Source: Armatimonadota bacterium (GTDB lineage Bacteria; Sysuimicrobiota; Sysuimicrobiia; Sysuimicrobiales; Kaftiobacteriaceae). From it: DNA of 64,000 nucleotides. Shown here one piece after another: positions 21,303 to 30,957 of this stretch. The notes beneath the pieces were generated by a model that had not been told where the DNA came from, did no database searches, and saw nothing but the letters and a program-made list of their open reading frames with translations. Position 1 is the stretch's first letter. Each line of letters begins with the position of its first letter. A program made the position numbers and the translations under genes. The stretch lies in assembly GCA_037440005.1 (NCBI GenBank), contig JBBIUY010000006.1, forward strand, positions 32,001 through 96,000. The letters are read 5' to 3'.

Positions 21303-21887
21303 GTGACCGGACAGGACAGGCCGCAGGCGGGGCTGAGCCGGGACCAGGCGTGGGACCTGGTCTGCCGGTGGATCCACAACCCCAACCTGCGCAAGCACCT
21401 GCTGGCGGTGGAGGCGGCGATGCGGGAGTACGCGCGCCGGTTCGGGGAGGACGAAGACAGTTGGGGCGTGGTCGGGCTGCTGCACGACCTGGATTACGAG
21501 CGCTGTCCGTCCCGGGAGGCCGGACACCCGTTCGTGGGGGTGGAGGAGCTGCGCCGGCTGGGAGTGCCCGAGGAGTGGACCCGGGCGATCGCCGCTCACG
21601 CCGACTACTCCGGGATTCCGCGCCAGACGCCGATGGAGCGGGCGCTGTTCGCCGTGGACGAGCTGGTGGGGTTCATCATCGCCGTGGCCCTGGTGAAGCC
21701 GGGCCGGAGCCTGGCCGAGGTGGACGTGGAGTCGGTCAAGAGGAAGATGAAGGACAAGGCGTTCGCCCGCGGCGTCAACCGGGACGACCTGGTCCGGGGG
21801 GCCGCGGAGCTGGGCCTGTCGCTGGACGAGCACATCGCCACGGTCCTGCGGGCGCTGCAGAACGCGGCGGCGTCGCTGGGCCTGTAG
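21303..21887 (+). CDS. HD-domain predicted hydrolase
   Basis: LRKHLLAVEAAM, GLLHDLDYE, KKMKDKAF-like C-terminus; GGAGGA RBS. Confidence 0.85.
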   Translation: MTGQDRPQAGLSRDQAWDLVCRWIHNPNLRKHLLAVEAAMREYARRFGEDEDSWGVVGLLHDLDYERCPSREAGHPFVGVEELRRLGVPEEWTRAIAAHADYSGIPRQTPMERALFAVDELVGFIIAVALVKPGRSLAEVDVESVKRKMKDKAFARGVNRDDLVRGAAELGLSLDEHIATVLRALQNAAASLGL

Positions 21888-21905
21888 CCCGGACGGGAGG
21901 ACGCC

Positions 21906-23393
21906 ATGGATCCCCGGACAGCACCGCCTGTGGGCGACATGCCCGCCGAGGAGTTCCGGCGGGCCGGCCACCGGGTGGTGGACTGGATTGCCGACTACCT
22001 GGAGCGGGTGGGGGACTACCCGGTCCTGGCGCGGACCGCGCCGGGGGACATCGTCCGGAGGCTTCCGGCGGTGCCCCCGGCGCAGGGGGAGCCGGTGGAG
22101 GCGATCCTGCGGGACGTGGACGAGGTGATCCTGCCGGGCATCACCCACTGGAACCACCCCGCCTTCTTCGCCTACTTCGCCATCACCGGGTCCGGCCCGG
22201 GGATCCTGGGGGAGATGCTGGCGGCCGCCCTGAACGTCAACGGGATGCTGTGGAAGACGTCGCCGGCGGCCACCGAGCTGGAGGAAGTGGCGCTGGGCTG
22301 GCTGCGGCAGATGGTGGGGCTGCCGGAGGAGTTCGCCGGGATCATCATGGACACCGCGTCGGTGGCCAGCCTGTGCGCTGTGGCGGCCGCCCGGGAGGCG
22401 GTGGAGGAATACCCGGTGCGCCTGCGCGGGATGGCCGGCGGGCCGCGGCTGCGGCTGTACACCTCCGAGCAGGCTCACTCCTCCATCGAGAAGGCCGCCC
22501 TGGTTCTGGGGGTGGGCCAGGACGGCGTGCGCAAGATCCCCACCGACGACGCCTACCGGCTGGACCCTCAGGCGCTGGCGGAGGCGATCGCCGACGACCG
22601 CCGGCGGGGGTGGCGCCCGTTCTGCGTGGTGGCCACCGTCGGGACCACCTCCACCACCAGCATCGACCCGGTGCCCGCCATCGCCGACATCTGCGAGCGC
22701 GAGGGGCTGTGGCTGCACGTGGACGGCGCCTATGCCGGGATGGCGGCGGTGGCCCGCGAATTCCGGTGGGTCCTGGACGGCTGCCACCGCGCCGACTCGG
22801 TGGTGATCAACCCCCACAAGTGGCTGTTCGTGCCCATCGACTGCAGCACGTTTTACTGCCGCCGGCCGGAGGTCCTGCGCCGGGCCTTCAGCCTGGTGCC
22901 CGACTACCTGCACACGCCCGAGCGGGAGCGGGCGGGCGTGCGGGACCTGATGGACTACGGGATCCAGCTGGGCCGCCGCTTCCGGGCCCTGAAGCTGTGG
23001 ATGGTGATCCGCTACTTCGGCGCCGAGGGCCTGGCCGCCCGCATCCGGGAGCACGTCGCCCTGGGGCAGCGCTTTGCGGCGTGGGTGGACGCCCACCCGG
23101 ACTTCGAGCGGATGGCGCCGACGCCCCTGTCGGTGGTGTGCTTCCGCGCTCACCCGGCGTCGCTGCGCGGGCGGGCGGAGCCCGCGGCCCTGGACGAGCT
23201 CAACGCACAGATCCTGGAGGGCGTCAACGCCACCGGGCGCGCCTACCTGTCCCACACCCGGCTGCGAGGGCGGCTGGCGCTGCGCCTGGCCGTGGGCAAC
23301 CTCCGCACCACCGAGGAGCACGTGCGCCGGGCCTGGGAACTGATCCAGGAGGCGGCCGCTGCGGCGGTCCGCCGGGCCGGCCTGCTTCCCTGA
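21906..23393 (+). CDS. PLP-dependent aromatic-L-amino-acid decarboxylase family
   Basis: THWNHP, SPAATELE, HVDGAYAG, NPHKW, GRRFRALKLW. Confidence 0.92.
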   Translation: MDPRTAPPVGDMPAEEFRRAGHRVVDWIADYLERVGDYPVLARTAPGDIVRRLPAVPPAQGEPVEAILRDVDEVILPGITHWNHPAFFAYFAITGSGPGILGEMLAAALNVNGMLWKTSPAATELEEVALGWLRQMVGLPEEFAGIIMDTASVASLCAVAAAREAVEEYPVRLRGMAGGPRLRLYTSEQAHSSIEKAALVLGVGQDGVRKIPTDDAYRLDPQALAEAIADDRRRGWRPFCVVATVGTTSTTSIDPVPAIADICEREGLWLHVDGAYAGMAAVAREFRWVLDGCHRADSVVINPHKWLFVPIDCSTFYCRRPEVLRRAFSLVPDYLHTPERERAGVRDLMDYGIQLGRRFRALKLWMVIRYFGAEGLAARIREHVALGQRFAAWVDAHPDFERMAPTPLSVVCFRAHPASLRGRAEPAALDELNAQILEGVNATGRAYLSHTRLRGRLALRLAVGNLRTTEEHVRRAWELIQEAAAAAVRRAGLLP

Positions 23394-23499
23394 CCCGCCC
23401 GCACCCGGCGCGGCAGCCGCCCGCGCGGGCCGCGCCTGAGTCGGCGGCGGAGGATAACCGCGGCAGGTCGTGGAAGGAGGCCCCCGGGCGACTCCCCCC

Positions 23500-24198
23500 A
23501 TGATCTTCCGCGACCGCCGGGAAGCCGGAGCGCAGCTGGCGGCGGCCCTGCAGTCCTACCGGGATCGTCGCCCCTTCGTGCTGGCGGTGCCGCGGGGCGG
23601 CGTGGTGGTGGGCTACCAGGTGGCCGTCGCGCTGGACGCCCCTCTGGACGTGGTGGTGCCCCGCAAGCTGCGGGCCCCGTTCAATCCGGAGCTGGCCATC
23701 GGCGCCGTGGCCCACGACGGCTCGGTGTACCTGGACGAGGGGCTGGTGCGGACCCTGGGGGTGGGCGACGACTACCTCCGGGAGGAGATCGCCCATCAGA
23801 CCGAGGAGATTCGCCGGCGCATGCAGGCCTACCGGGGCGAGCGGCCCATGCCCGACCTGTCGGGCGCCACGGCGATCGTCGCCGACGACGGCGTGGCCAC
23901 CGGCGCCACCATGATCGCCGCCCTGCGGGCGGTGCGGGCCCTGGGGCCCCAGGCGGTGGTGGCGGCGGTTCCGGTGGCCCCTCCGGAGACGGTGGAGCGG
24001 CTGCGGGGCGAGGCCGACGACGTGGTGTGCCTGCACACCCCCGTCATGTTCTACGCCGTGGGCCAGTTCTACGAGGACTTCTCCCAGACCACCGACGAGG
24101 AAGTGGTCGCCCTCCTGCGCGCCCGCGCCGCCCCGGGCCCCGGCGACCTGGCCGCCCGTCCGGGCGGGCGGGACGCCGGGCCGGACCGGGGGTCCTGA
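23500..24198 (+). CDS. Phosphoribosyltransferase-family protein
   Basis: FRDRREAG, VPRGG, ADDGVATGAT PRPP loop. Confidence 0.88.
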   Translation: MIFRDRREAGAQLAAALQSYRDRRPFVLAVPRGGVVVGYQVAVALDAPLDVVVPRKLRAPFNPELAIGAVAHDGSVYLDEGLVRTLGVGDDYLREEIAHQTEEIRRRMQAYRGERPMPDLSGATAIVADDGVATGATMIAALRAVRALGPQAVVAAVPVAPPETVERLRGEADDVVCLHTPVMFYAVGQFYEDFSQTTDEEVVALLRARAAPGPGDLAARPGGRDAGPDRGS

Positions 24199-24226
24199 GG
24201 GTGCCGCTCCCGCGCGCCCTGCGGAT

Positions 24227-25324
24227 ATGGCCGTGGCCGGGTTGAAGAGGACCAGCCTGCACGCCGCCCACCTGGCCGCCGGGGCGCGCATGGTGGAGTT
24301 TGCCGGGTGGGAGATGCCGGTGCAGTACGCCGGCATCGTCCCCGAGCACCGGACGGTGCGGACCGCCGCCGGATTGTTCGACGTCTCCCACATGGGCGAG
24401 ATCGAGATCGCCGGCCCAGGGGCTCTGGAGTCGGTGCAGCGGCTGATCACCAACGACGCCAGCCGTCTGGCGGTGGGCCAGGGGCTGTACACGCCCATGT
24501 GCGCGCCCACCGGAGGCATCCTGGACGACCTGACGGTGTTCCGGCTGGGCGTGGACCGCTTCCTGCTGGTGGTGAATGCCAGCCGCACCGACGCCGACTT
24601 CGCCTGGGTCGCCGAGCACACGCACCAGGCCACCGCCCGCAACCGGTCGGCGGACCTGGCGTTGCTGGCCCTGCAGGGCCCCCGGGCGGCGGCGGTGCTG
24701 CAGCGCCTGGTCCGGGCCGACCTGGCCGATCTGCGGTTCTTCCACCTGCTGGACGGGGTGGACGTGGCCGGGGTGACGTGCCTGGTCTCCCGCACGGGCT
24801 ACACCGGCGAGGACGGGTTCGAGATCGCCTGCGCCTGGGAGGAGGCCCCGCGCCTGTGGGGCGCCCTGCTGGACGCCGGGCGGTCCGAGGGCCTGGTGCC
24901 GGCCGGACTGGGAGCGCGGGACACCCTGCGGATGGAGGCCGGCTACATGCTGTACGGCCAGGACATCGACGAGACCACCACTCCCCTGGAGGCTCCTCTG
25001 GCCTGGACGGTTAAGTTTGACAAGGGAGAGTTCATCGGCCGGCAGGCTCTGTGGGCCCAGAAAGAGCAGGGGGTGCGGCGGCGGCTGGTGGGGTTTGAGG
25101 TGCGCGACCGGGTCATCACCCGCCCCGGCTGCCTTCTGTGGGCTGGCGGCCGGCCGGTGGGGCGCGTGACCAGCGGCACCTTCGGCCCGTGGGTGGGCAA
25201 GAGCATCGGCCTGGGGTACGTGGAGACGGACTGGGCGTCGCCCGGCACGACCCTGGAGGTGGAGGTGCGGGGGCGGAGGGTGGATGCGGTGGTGACCAGG
25301 CTTCCGTTCTACCGGAGGAGGTGA
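24227..25324 (+). CDS. gcvT: Glycine cleavage T protein
   Basis: FAGWEMPVQY, FDVSHMG, TGYTGEDG, GLGARDTLRMEAG. Confidence 0.97.
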   Translation: MAVAGLKRTSLHAAHLAAGARMVEFAGWEMPVQYAGIVPEHRTVRTAAGLFDVSHMGEIEIAGPGALESVQRLITNDASRLAVGQGLYTPMCAPTGGILDDLTVFRLGVDRFLLVVNASRTDADFAWVAEHTHQATARNRSADLALLALQGPRAAAVLQRLVRADLADLRFFHLLDGVDVAGVTCLVSRTGYTGEDGFEIACAWEEAPRLWGALLDAGRSEGLVPAGLGARDTLRMEAGYMLYGQDIDETTTPLEAPLAWTVKFDKGEFIGRQALWAQKEQGVRRRLVGFEVRDRVITRPGCLLWAGGRPVGRVTSGTFGPWVGKSIGLGYVETDWASPGTTLEVEVRGRRVDAVVTRLPFYRRR

Positions 25325-25328
25325 CACG

Positions 25329-25730
25329 CTGGACAGGGACGAGCGGTTCCCCCCGGATCTGCGGTATTCCACCGAGCACGAGTGGGCCCGGGTGGAGGAC
25401 GGGCGGGTGCGGGTGGGCATCACCCGGCACGCCGCCGACCGGCTCACCGACATCGTCTACGTGGAGCTGCCGCCTCCCGGGACCCGGGTCTTTTTCATGC
25501 AGCCGTTTGGCGTCATCGAATCGGTCAAGGCGGCGTCGGACCTGTACGCCCCCGTCAGCGGCACCGTCGTGGAGGTCAACGGGGTCCTGCGGGAGCGGCC
25601 CGAGGTGGTCAACGCCGACCCGTACGGCGAGGGGTGGATGATCGTGGTGGCCCCCGACGACCTGCGGGAGCTGGACCGGCTGCTCAGCGCCGACGACTAC
25701 GCCCGGCTGGTGGGCGAGGAGGAGAGATGA
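25329..25730 (+). CDS. gcvH: Glycine cleavage H protein (probable CTG start)
   Basis: [14 protein letters not shown] lipoyl-Lys, NADPYGEGW. Confidence 0.93.
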   Translation: MDRDERFPPDLRYSTEHEWARVEDGRVRVGITRHAADRLTDIVYVELPPPGTRVFFMQPFGVIESVKAASDLYAPVSGTVVEVNGVLRERPEVVNADPYGEGWMIVVAPDDLRELDRLLSADDYARLVGEEER

Positions 25731-27100
25731 CCGGACAGCGCGCCCCGCGCCGGCAGCACAAGTACATCCCGGCCACCGACGCCGAGCGGGAGGAGATGCT
25801 GCGGGCCGTCGGCGTGGCCTCGGTGGAGGACCTGTTCGCCGACGTCCCGCCCCCTGTGCGGCTGAGGCGGCCCCTGGACCTGCCGCCCCCCCTCAGCGAC
25901 CCCGAGCTGGTGTCGGCGGTGCGGGCCCTGGCCGAGGACACCCTGCACGCCGACCGGGTGGCCTGCTTTCTGGGCGCCGGCGCCTACGACCACTACGTCC
26001 CCAGCGTGGTCTGGCACCTGGCCGGCCGGGCGGAGTTTCTCACCGCCTACACGCCCTACCAGGCGGAGATCATGCAGGGGGCGCTGCAGGCCGCCTACGA
26101 GTACCAGACCATGCTGTGCGAGCTCACCGGGATGGACGTGGCCAACGCCTCCATGTACGACGGGGCGTCGGCCACCGCCGAGGCGGCCGTCATGGCCCGG
26201 GACCTGACCCGGCGGGACCGGGTCATGGTGAGCCGGTCGGTGCATCCCGAGTACCGGCAGGTGCTGCGCACCTACACCGAGCCCCTGGGGGTGGAGGTGG
26301 TGGAGGTGCCCTGGCGGGACGGGGTCACCGACCTAGAGGCGGCCGACGCCCTCCTGGACGGCCGCACCGCCGCGGTGGTCGTCCAGCACCCCAACGTCTT
26401 CGGGTGCCTGGAGGACGGCCCCGCCCTGGCCGAGCTGGCCCACCGCAAGGGCGCGCTGCTGGTGTGCGCGGTGGCCGAGCCCGTCTCTTTGGGAGTGCTG
26501 CGGCCTCCGGGAGCCTGGGGCGCCGACATCGTGGCCGGGGAGGGCCAGCCTCTGGGCAACCACCTGAACTTCGGAGGGCCCTTCTTGGGCATGCTGGCCA
26601 CCCGGCAGGAGTTCGTGCGGCGGATGCCCGGCCGGCTGGTGGGCGCCACGGTGGACGCCGATGGGCGGCGCGGGTTCGTGCTCACCCTGCAGACGCGGGA
26701 GCAGCACATCCGGCGGGAGAAGGCCACCAGCAACATCTGCACCAACGAGGCGCTGCTGGCGCTGGCGGCCGCCGTGTACATGGCGGCGTTGGGGCCCCGG
26801 GGGCTGCGGGCGGTGGCGGAGCTCAACCTCCAGAAGGCCGCCTACGCCCGGGAGGCGGTGGGACGGTTGCCCGGGTACCGCCTGGCGTTTGCGGCTCCGA
26901 CGTTCAACGAGTTCGTGGTGCGCACCCCGCTGCCGCCCGAGGAGGTCAACCGGCGGCTGCTGGCCCACCGCATCCTGGGGGGCGCGCCCCTGGGCCGGTG
27001 GTACCCGGAGCTCCCGAACGGGTGGCTGGTGTGCGTGACCGAGCAGCGCACCCGGTCGGAGATCGACGCCCTCGTGTCGGCGCTGGAGGCGATCCGATGA
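25727..27100 (+). CDS. gcvPA: Glycine dehydrogenase subunit 1
   Basis: [36 protein letters not shown]. Confidence 0.97.
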   Translation: MTGQRAPRRQHKYIPATDAEREEMLRAVGVASVEDLFADVPPPVRLRRPLDLPPPLSDPELVSAVRALAEDTLHADRVACFLGAGAYDHYVPSVVWHLAGRAEFLTAYTPYQAEIMQGALQAAYEYQTMLCELTGMDVANASMYDGASATAEAAVMARDLTRRDRVMVSRSVHPEYRQVLRTYTEPLGVEVVEVPWRDGVTDLEAADALLDGRTAAVVVQHPNVFGCLEDGPALAELAHRKGALLVCAVAEPVSLGVLRPPGAWGADIVAGEGQPLGNHLNFGGPFLGMLATRQEFVRRMPGRLVGATVDADGRRGFVLTLQTREQHIRREKATSNICTNEALLALAAAVYMAALGPRGLRAVAELNLQKAAYAREAVGRLPGYRLAFAAPTFNEFVVRTPLPPEEVNRRLLAHRILGGAPLGRWYPELPNGWLVCVTEQRTRSEIDALVSALEAIR

Positions 27101-28578
27101 GCGGGCCGGATCCGCGGCGGGGGCGCGACGTCCCGCTGATCTTCGAGCTCAGCACCCCGGGGCGGGTGGGCTGCTCGGTCCCCGACCCCGACGTGCCGGT
27201 GCGGGCCCTGGAGGAGCTGGTGCCGCGGGATCTGCTGCGGGAGGACCCGCCGGCGCTGCCCGAGGTCAGCGAGCTGGACGTGGTGCGCCACTACACCCGG
27301 CTGTCCCACCGCACCTTCAGCATCGACGAGGGCATGTACCCTCTGGGCTCGTGCACCATGAAGTACAACCCCAAGATCCACGAGGACCTGGCCCGGCTGC
27401 CGGGCTTTTCCCGGCTGCACCCCTACACCCCCGCCGAGCACGCCCAGGGCGCGCTGCGCCTGATGTGGGAGCTGGAGCGGCTGCTGGCCGAGATCAGCGG
27501 GATGGACCGGGTGACCTTTCAGCCGGCGGCCGGCGCCCACGGGGAGCTGGTGGGCCTGCTGATGATCCGCGCCTACTTCCGCGCCCGGGGGGAGGTCCGC
27601 ACCCGGGTGATCGTCCCCGACTCAGCCCACGGCACCAACCCGGCCACCGCCGCCATGTGCGGGTACCAGGTGGTCACCGTGCGCAGCGACAGCCGGGGCA
27701 ACCTGGACGTGGGGGCCCTGCGGGACGCCATGGACGAGTCGGTGGCCGCCCTGATGCTTACCAACCCCAACACCCTGGGCCTGTTCGAGGAACGCATCCT
27801 GGAGATCGCCGAGGTGGTGCACGGCCGGGGAGGCCAGATGTACCTGGACGGGGCCAACTTCAACGCCATGCTGGGCGTCACCCGCCCGGGGGACCAGGGG
27901 TTTGACGTGATGCACATCAACCTGCACAAGACCTTCTCCACCCCCCACGGCGGCGGCGGCCCCGGGGCCGGCGCCGTGGGGGTGAAGGCCCACCTGGTCC
28001 CCTTCCTGCCGGTGCCCACGGTGGAGCGCCGCGGTGACGGGTTCGTGCTGGACTACGACCGCCCGCAGTCCATCGGCAAGGTGCGGGCGTTTTACGGCAA
28101 CTTCGCCAACCTGGTGCGGGCGTACGCCTACATCCGGTCCCTGGGCGCCGAGGGCCTCAGGCAGGTGGCCGAGACCGCCGTCCTCAACGCCAACTACCTG
28201 CTGGCCCGGCTGCGGGAGCACTTCGACGTGCCCTACCCCCGCCTGTGCAAGCACGAGTTCGTCCTGTCGGGGGCGCGGCAGAGGAAGCTGTACGGTGTGA
28301 CCACCAGGGACATGGCCAAGCGCATCCTGGACTACGGCTTCCACGCACCCACCGTGTACTTCCCCCTGATCGTGGACGAGGCCATCATGATCGAGCCCAC
28401 CGAGACCGAGAGCAAACGGACCCTGGACGAGTTCACCGACGCCCTGGCGGCCGTCGCCCGGGAAGCCCGGGACGCCCCCGACGTGGTCCGCACCGCCCCC
28501 CACACCACCCCCGTCCGGCGGCTGGACGAGGTGCGGGCGGCGCGACAGCCGGACCTGCGCTGGAGGCCCCGGCGCTAG
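27097..28578 (+). CDS. gcvPB: Glycine dehydrogenase subunit 2
   Basis: [28 protein letters not shown]. Confidence 0.97.
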   Translation: MSGPDPRRGRDVPLIFELSTPGRVGCSVPDPDVPVRALEELVPRDLLREDPPALPEVSELDVVRHYTRLSHRTFSIDEGMYPLGSCTMKYNPKIHEDLARLPGFSRLHPYTPAEHAQGALRLMWELERLLAEISGMDRVTFQPAAGAHGELVGLLMIRAYFRARGEVRTRVIVPDSAHGTNPATAAMCGYQVVTVRSDSRGNLDVGALRDAMDESVAALMLTNPNTLGLFEERILEIAEVVHGRGGQMYLDGANFNAMLGVTRPGDQGFDVMHINLHKTFSTPHGGGGPGAGAVGVKAHLVPFLPVPTVERRGDGFVLDYDRPQSIGKVRAFYGNFANLVRAYAYIRSLGAEGLRQVAETAVLNANYLLARLREHFDVPYPRLCKHEFVLSGARQRKLYGVTTRDMAKRILDYGFHAPTVYFPLIVDEAIMIEPTETESKRTLDEFTDALAAVAREARDAPDVVRTAPHTTPVRRLDEVRAARQPDLRWRPRR

Positions 28579-28584
28579 AAGGCG

Positions 28585-29520
28585 ATGGCCGCGTCTTTGC
28601 CCGTCAGCCTGGCCGACGTTGAGGCCGCCAGGGAGCGCATCGTCCCCTTCGTGCGGCAGACCCCCCTGCACCCCCTGGGTGATGGCCTGCTGCTGAAGCT
28701 GGAGAACCTGCAGGTGACCGGGTCGTTTAAGGCCCGGGGGGCGTTCAACCACGTCCTGGCCCGGCGGGAGGAGTGCGCGGCGGGGGTGATCACCGCCTCC
28801 TCGGGCAACCACGGCACGGCGGTGGCCCACGTGGCCCGGGCGCTGGGCCTGCCGGCGGTGGTGGTGGTCCCCGAGGACGTGGCCGCGGTGAAGGCGCAGG
28901 CCATCCAGGCCGCGGGGGCGGAGCTGGTGCGGCGGGGCCGGTTTTCCCAGGAGCGGCTGGCGCTGGCCCGGGAACTGGCCGAACGCCGGGGCCTGCACTA
29001 CGTTCCCCCGTTCGACGACCCGCTGGTCATCGCCGGCCAGGGCACGGCAGGGCTGGAGATCGTCCGGCAGCGCCCCGACGTGGAGGCGGTCTACGTGCCC
29101 TGTAGCGGCGGAGGCCTGCTGTCGGGGATCGCGGTGGCGGTAAAGGCGCTGCGCCCCCGGGCCCGGGTGGTCGGGGTGGAGCCCCAGGGGGCCGACAGGT
29201 TCCGGCGGTCCCGGCTGGCCGGCCGGCCGGTGGCCCTCGAGGCGGCGCAGACCATCGCCGACGGCCTGCGGGTGCTCTCTCCCGGAATCCTGACCTGGCA
29301 GATCGCCGAGCAGCTCGTGGACGACTTCGTCACCGTCTCCGACGGGCAGATCGTGGCGGCGGCCCGCCGCCTGCTGGAGGAGGCGAAGGTGGTGGCCGAG
29401 CCGTCCGGGGCGGCCGCAGTGGCCGCAGCCCTGGCCGCGGCCCGCCAGGGGTCGGCGGTGGTGGCCGTGGTGAGCGGGGGGAACGCAGACCGGGAGTTTC
29501 TGAGGCTGCTGATCTCGTAG
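28585..29520 (+). CDS. Serine/threonine dehydratase (or serine racemase) family
   Basis: GSFKARGA PLP Lys, SSGNH, GGGLLSG, EPSGA. Confidence 0.88.
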   Translation: MAASLPVSLADVEAARERIVPFVRQTPLHPLGDGLLLKLENLQVTGSFKARGAFNHVLARREECAAGVITASSGNHGTAVAHVARALGLPAVVVVPEDVAAVKAQAIQAAGAELVRRGRFSQERLALARELAERRGLHYVPPFDDPLVIAGQGTAGLEIVRQRPDVEAVYVPCSGGGLLSGIAVAVKALRPRARVVGVEPQGADRFRRSRLAGRPVALEAAQTIADGLRVLSPGILTWQIAEQLVDDFVTVSDGQIVAAARRLLEEAKVVAEPSGAAAVAAALAAARQGSAVVAVVSGGNADREFLRLLIS

Positions 29521-29555
29521 CCGGGCCACCGGGAGTTCTTCAAGCCGCCCCCCTA

Positions 29556-29610
29556 CGTACCTGTGTTCGTCACTTTGGGTCTTGAAAGTCGTACATATGT
29601 TCGCTATAAT
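29556..29610 (+). promoter_or_regulatory. lexA promoter with two SOS boxes
   Basis: CGTACctgtGTTCG 29556-29569 and CGTACatatGTTCG 29590-29603; TTGAAA(29582)-N17-TATAAT(29605). Confidence 0.88.
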
Positions 29611-29632
29611 CTCTGCCGGAGGTGAGACTGGC

Positions 29633-30262
29633 ATGGCCGCCCCTCTGACCGACCGGCAGCGGCAGGTTCTGGAGTACATCGCGTCCTCCATCCGCCAGAC
29701 CGGCATCGTTCCCTCCGTGCGGGAGATCGGCCAGGCCCTGGGTATGCGTTCGCCCTCCACGGTGCACCAGCACCTGACGGCCCTGGAGCGCAAAGGGTAC
29801 ATCCGGCGCCACGGCGACCGCATGCGGGTGCTGGAGGTGCTGGACAGGCGCCTGCTGCCGTCGGGGGAAGATGTCGCCCACCTGCCGCTGGTGGGCCGGG
29901 TGTCGGCCGGTCTGCCGGTGCTGGCCCAGGAGAACGTGGAGGAGATGATCCCCGTCCCCCGCCGGATGGTCGGCTGGCAGGACGACAACTGCTTTCTGCT
30001 GACGGTGCGGGGAGACAGCATGGCCGGCGCCGGGATCTTCGACGGGGACATGGTCATCGTCCGCTCGCAACCCACGGCGGCGGTGGGAGACGTGGTCGTC
30101 GCCCTGATCGGAGAGGAGGCCACCGTCAAGCGCCTGGCCGCCGAGGGCGGCCGGATGTACCTGAAGCCGGAGAACCCCGCCTACCCGCCGATCCGGGACG
30201 AGTTCGAGATCATCGGCAAGGTGGTCGGCCTGCTGCGCCGGTACGCCGGAGGCACCGGATGA
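29633..30262 (+). CDS. lexA: SOS repressor LexA
   Basis: PSVREIG wHTH, VSAG cleavage site, GDSM Ser, ATVK Lys. Confidence 0.97.
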   Translation: MAAPLTDRQRQVLEYIASSIRQTGIVPSVREIGQALGMRSPSTVHQHLTALERKGYIRRHGDRMRVLEVLDRRLLPSGEDVAHLPLVGRVSAGLPVLAQENVEEMIPVPRRMVGWQDDNCFLLTVRGDSMAGAGIFDGDMVIVRSQPTAAVGDVVVALIGEEATVKRLAAEGGRMYLKPENPAYPPIRDEFEIIGKVVGLLRRYAGGTG

Positions 30263-30462
30263 GCGTCTCCCTCCGCTGGCAGCCGCCCGCCCCTCCCGCA
30301 GCCGTCCGTCCTCCCGCCCGCGCGCTCCGGATGCGGGCCGCGGCGGCCGGGTGGTGGGCCAGGCTGGCCGATGACCGGGAGATGGTGGGGCTGAAACTGG
30401 TGCTGCTGGCGGTCGTGCTGGCCCTGGCGCTGACCTGGGAGGTGCCGGGGTGGGCCCCGTGA
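30259..30462 (+). CDS. Small single-TM protein coupled to lexA
   Basis: ATGA overlap with the lexA stop, GGAGG RBS, TM segment LKLVLLAVVLALALTW. Confidence 0.65.
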   Translation: MSVSLRWQPPAPPAAVRPPARALRMRAAAAGWWARLADDREMVGLKLVLLAVVLALALTWEVPGWAP

Positions 30463-30908
30463 TCATGACGGAGGTGGAGGTGGCGTCCGTCGCCGCCGGG
30501 GGCCGCGCGGCGGCGGGGGTGGTCATCCGGGCTCCCGACGGGACTCCGCTGGCGGTCCTGGGACGGGTGGAGACGGCGGGATCCCGGCAGGGGGCGGTGT
30601 ACCGGGGAGTGCTGGCGGGACTGCTGCGGGCGCGGCGGCTGGGCGCCCGGGCGGTGCGCGTGCTGCTGGACAGTCCGGAGGTGCACGCCCAGCTGTCCGG
30701 GGGCGCGGACATTCCTCCCGACCTGATCGGCCCCTACCTCCAGGCCCGGGCCCTGTTCAACGCTTACCGGCGCCGCGAGGTGCGCTGCCTGGACGGCGGG
30801 TCCAGCGCCCTGGCCCTGGAGGCCGCCCGCCGGGCGCTGGCCTCCTGCGGGGAGGACACCGACGAAGACGACGAAGCCCTCCCCCTGTGGCGGGCCGCCT
30901 CCGGGTGA
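30459..30908 (+). CDS. RNase HI-like fold protein, catalytic residues degenerate
   Basis: AAAGVVIRAPDG, AVYRGVLAGLLRARRLG, VRVLLDSPEVHAQLSG; GTGA overlap with the upstream gene. Confidence 0.75.
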   Translation: MIMTEVEVASVAAGGRAAAGVVIRAPDGTPLAVLGRVETAGSRQGAVYRGVLAGLLRARRLGARAVRVLLDSPEVHAQLSGGADIPPDLIGPYLQARALFNAYRRREVRCLDGGSSALALEAARRALASCGEDTDEDDEALPLWRAASG

Positions 30909-30957
30909 AGGACAGGCCCCGCGCCGGTGGAACCCTGGGGTGAAGGTTTTCCCGCCC

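Noticed and set aside
24199..24226. Glycine riboswitch before gcvT
   Set aside because: Only 28 bp of intergenic space and no aptamer motifs seen
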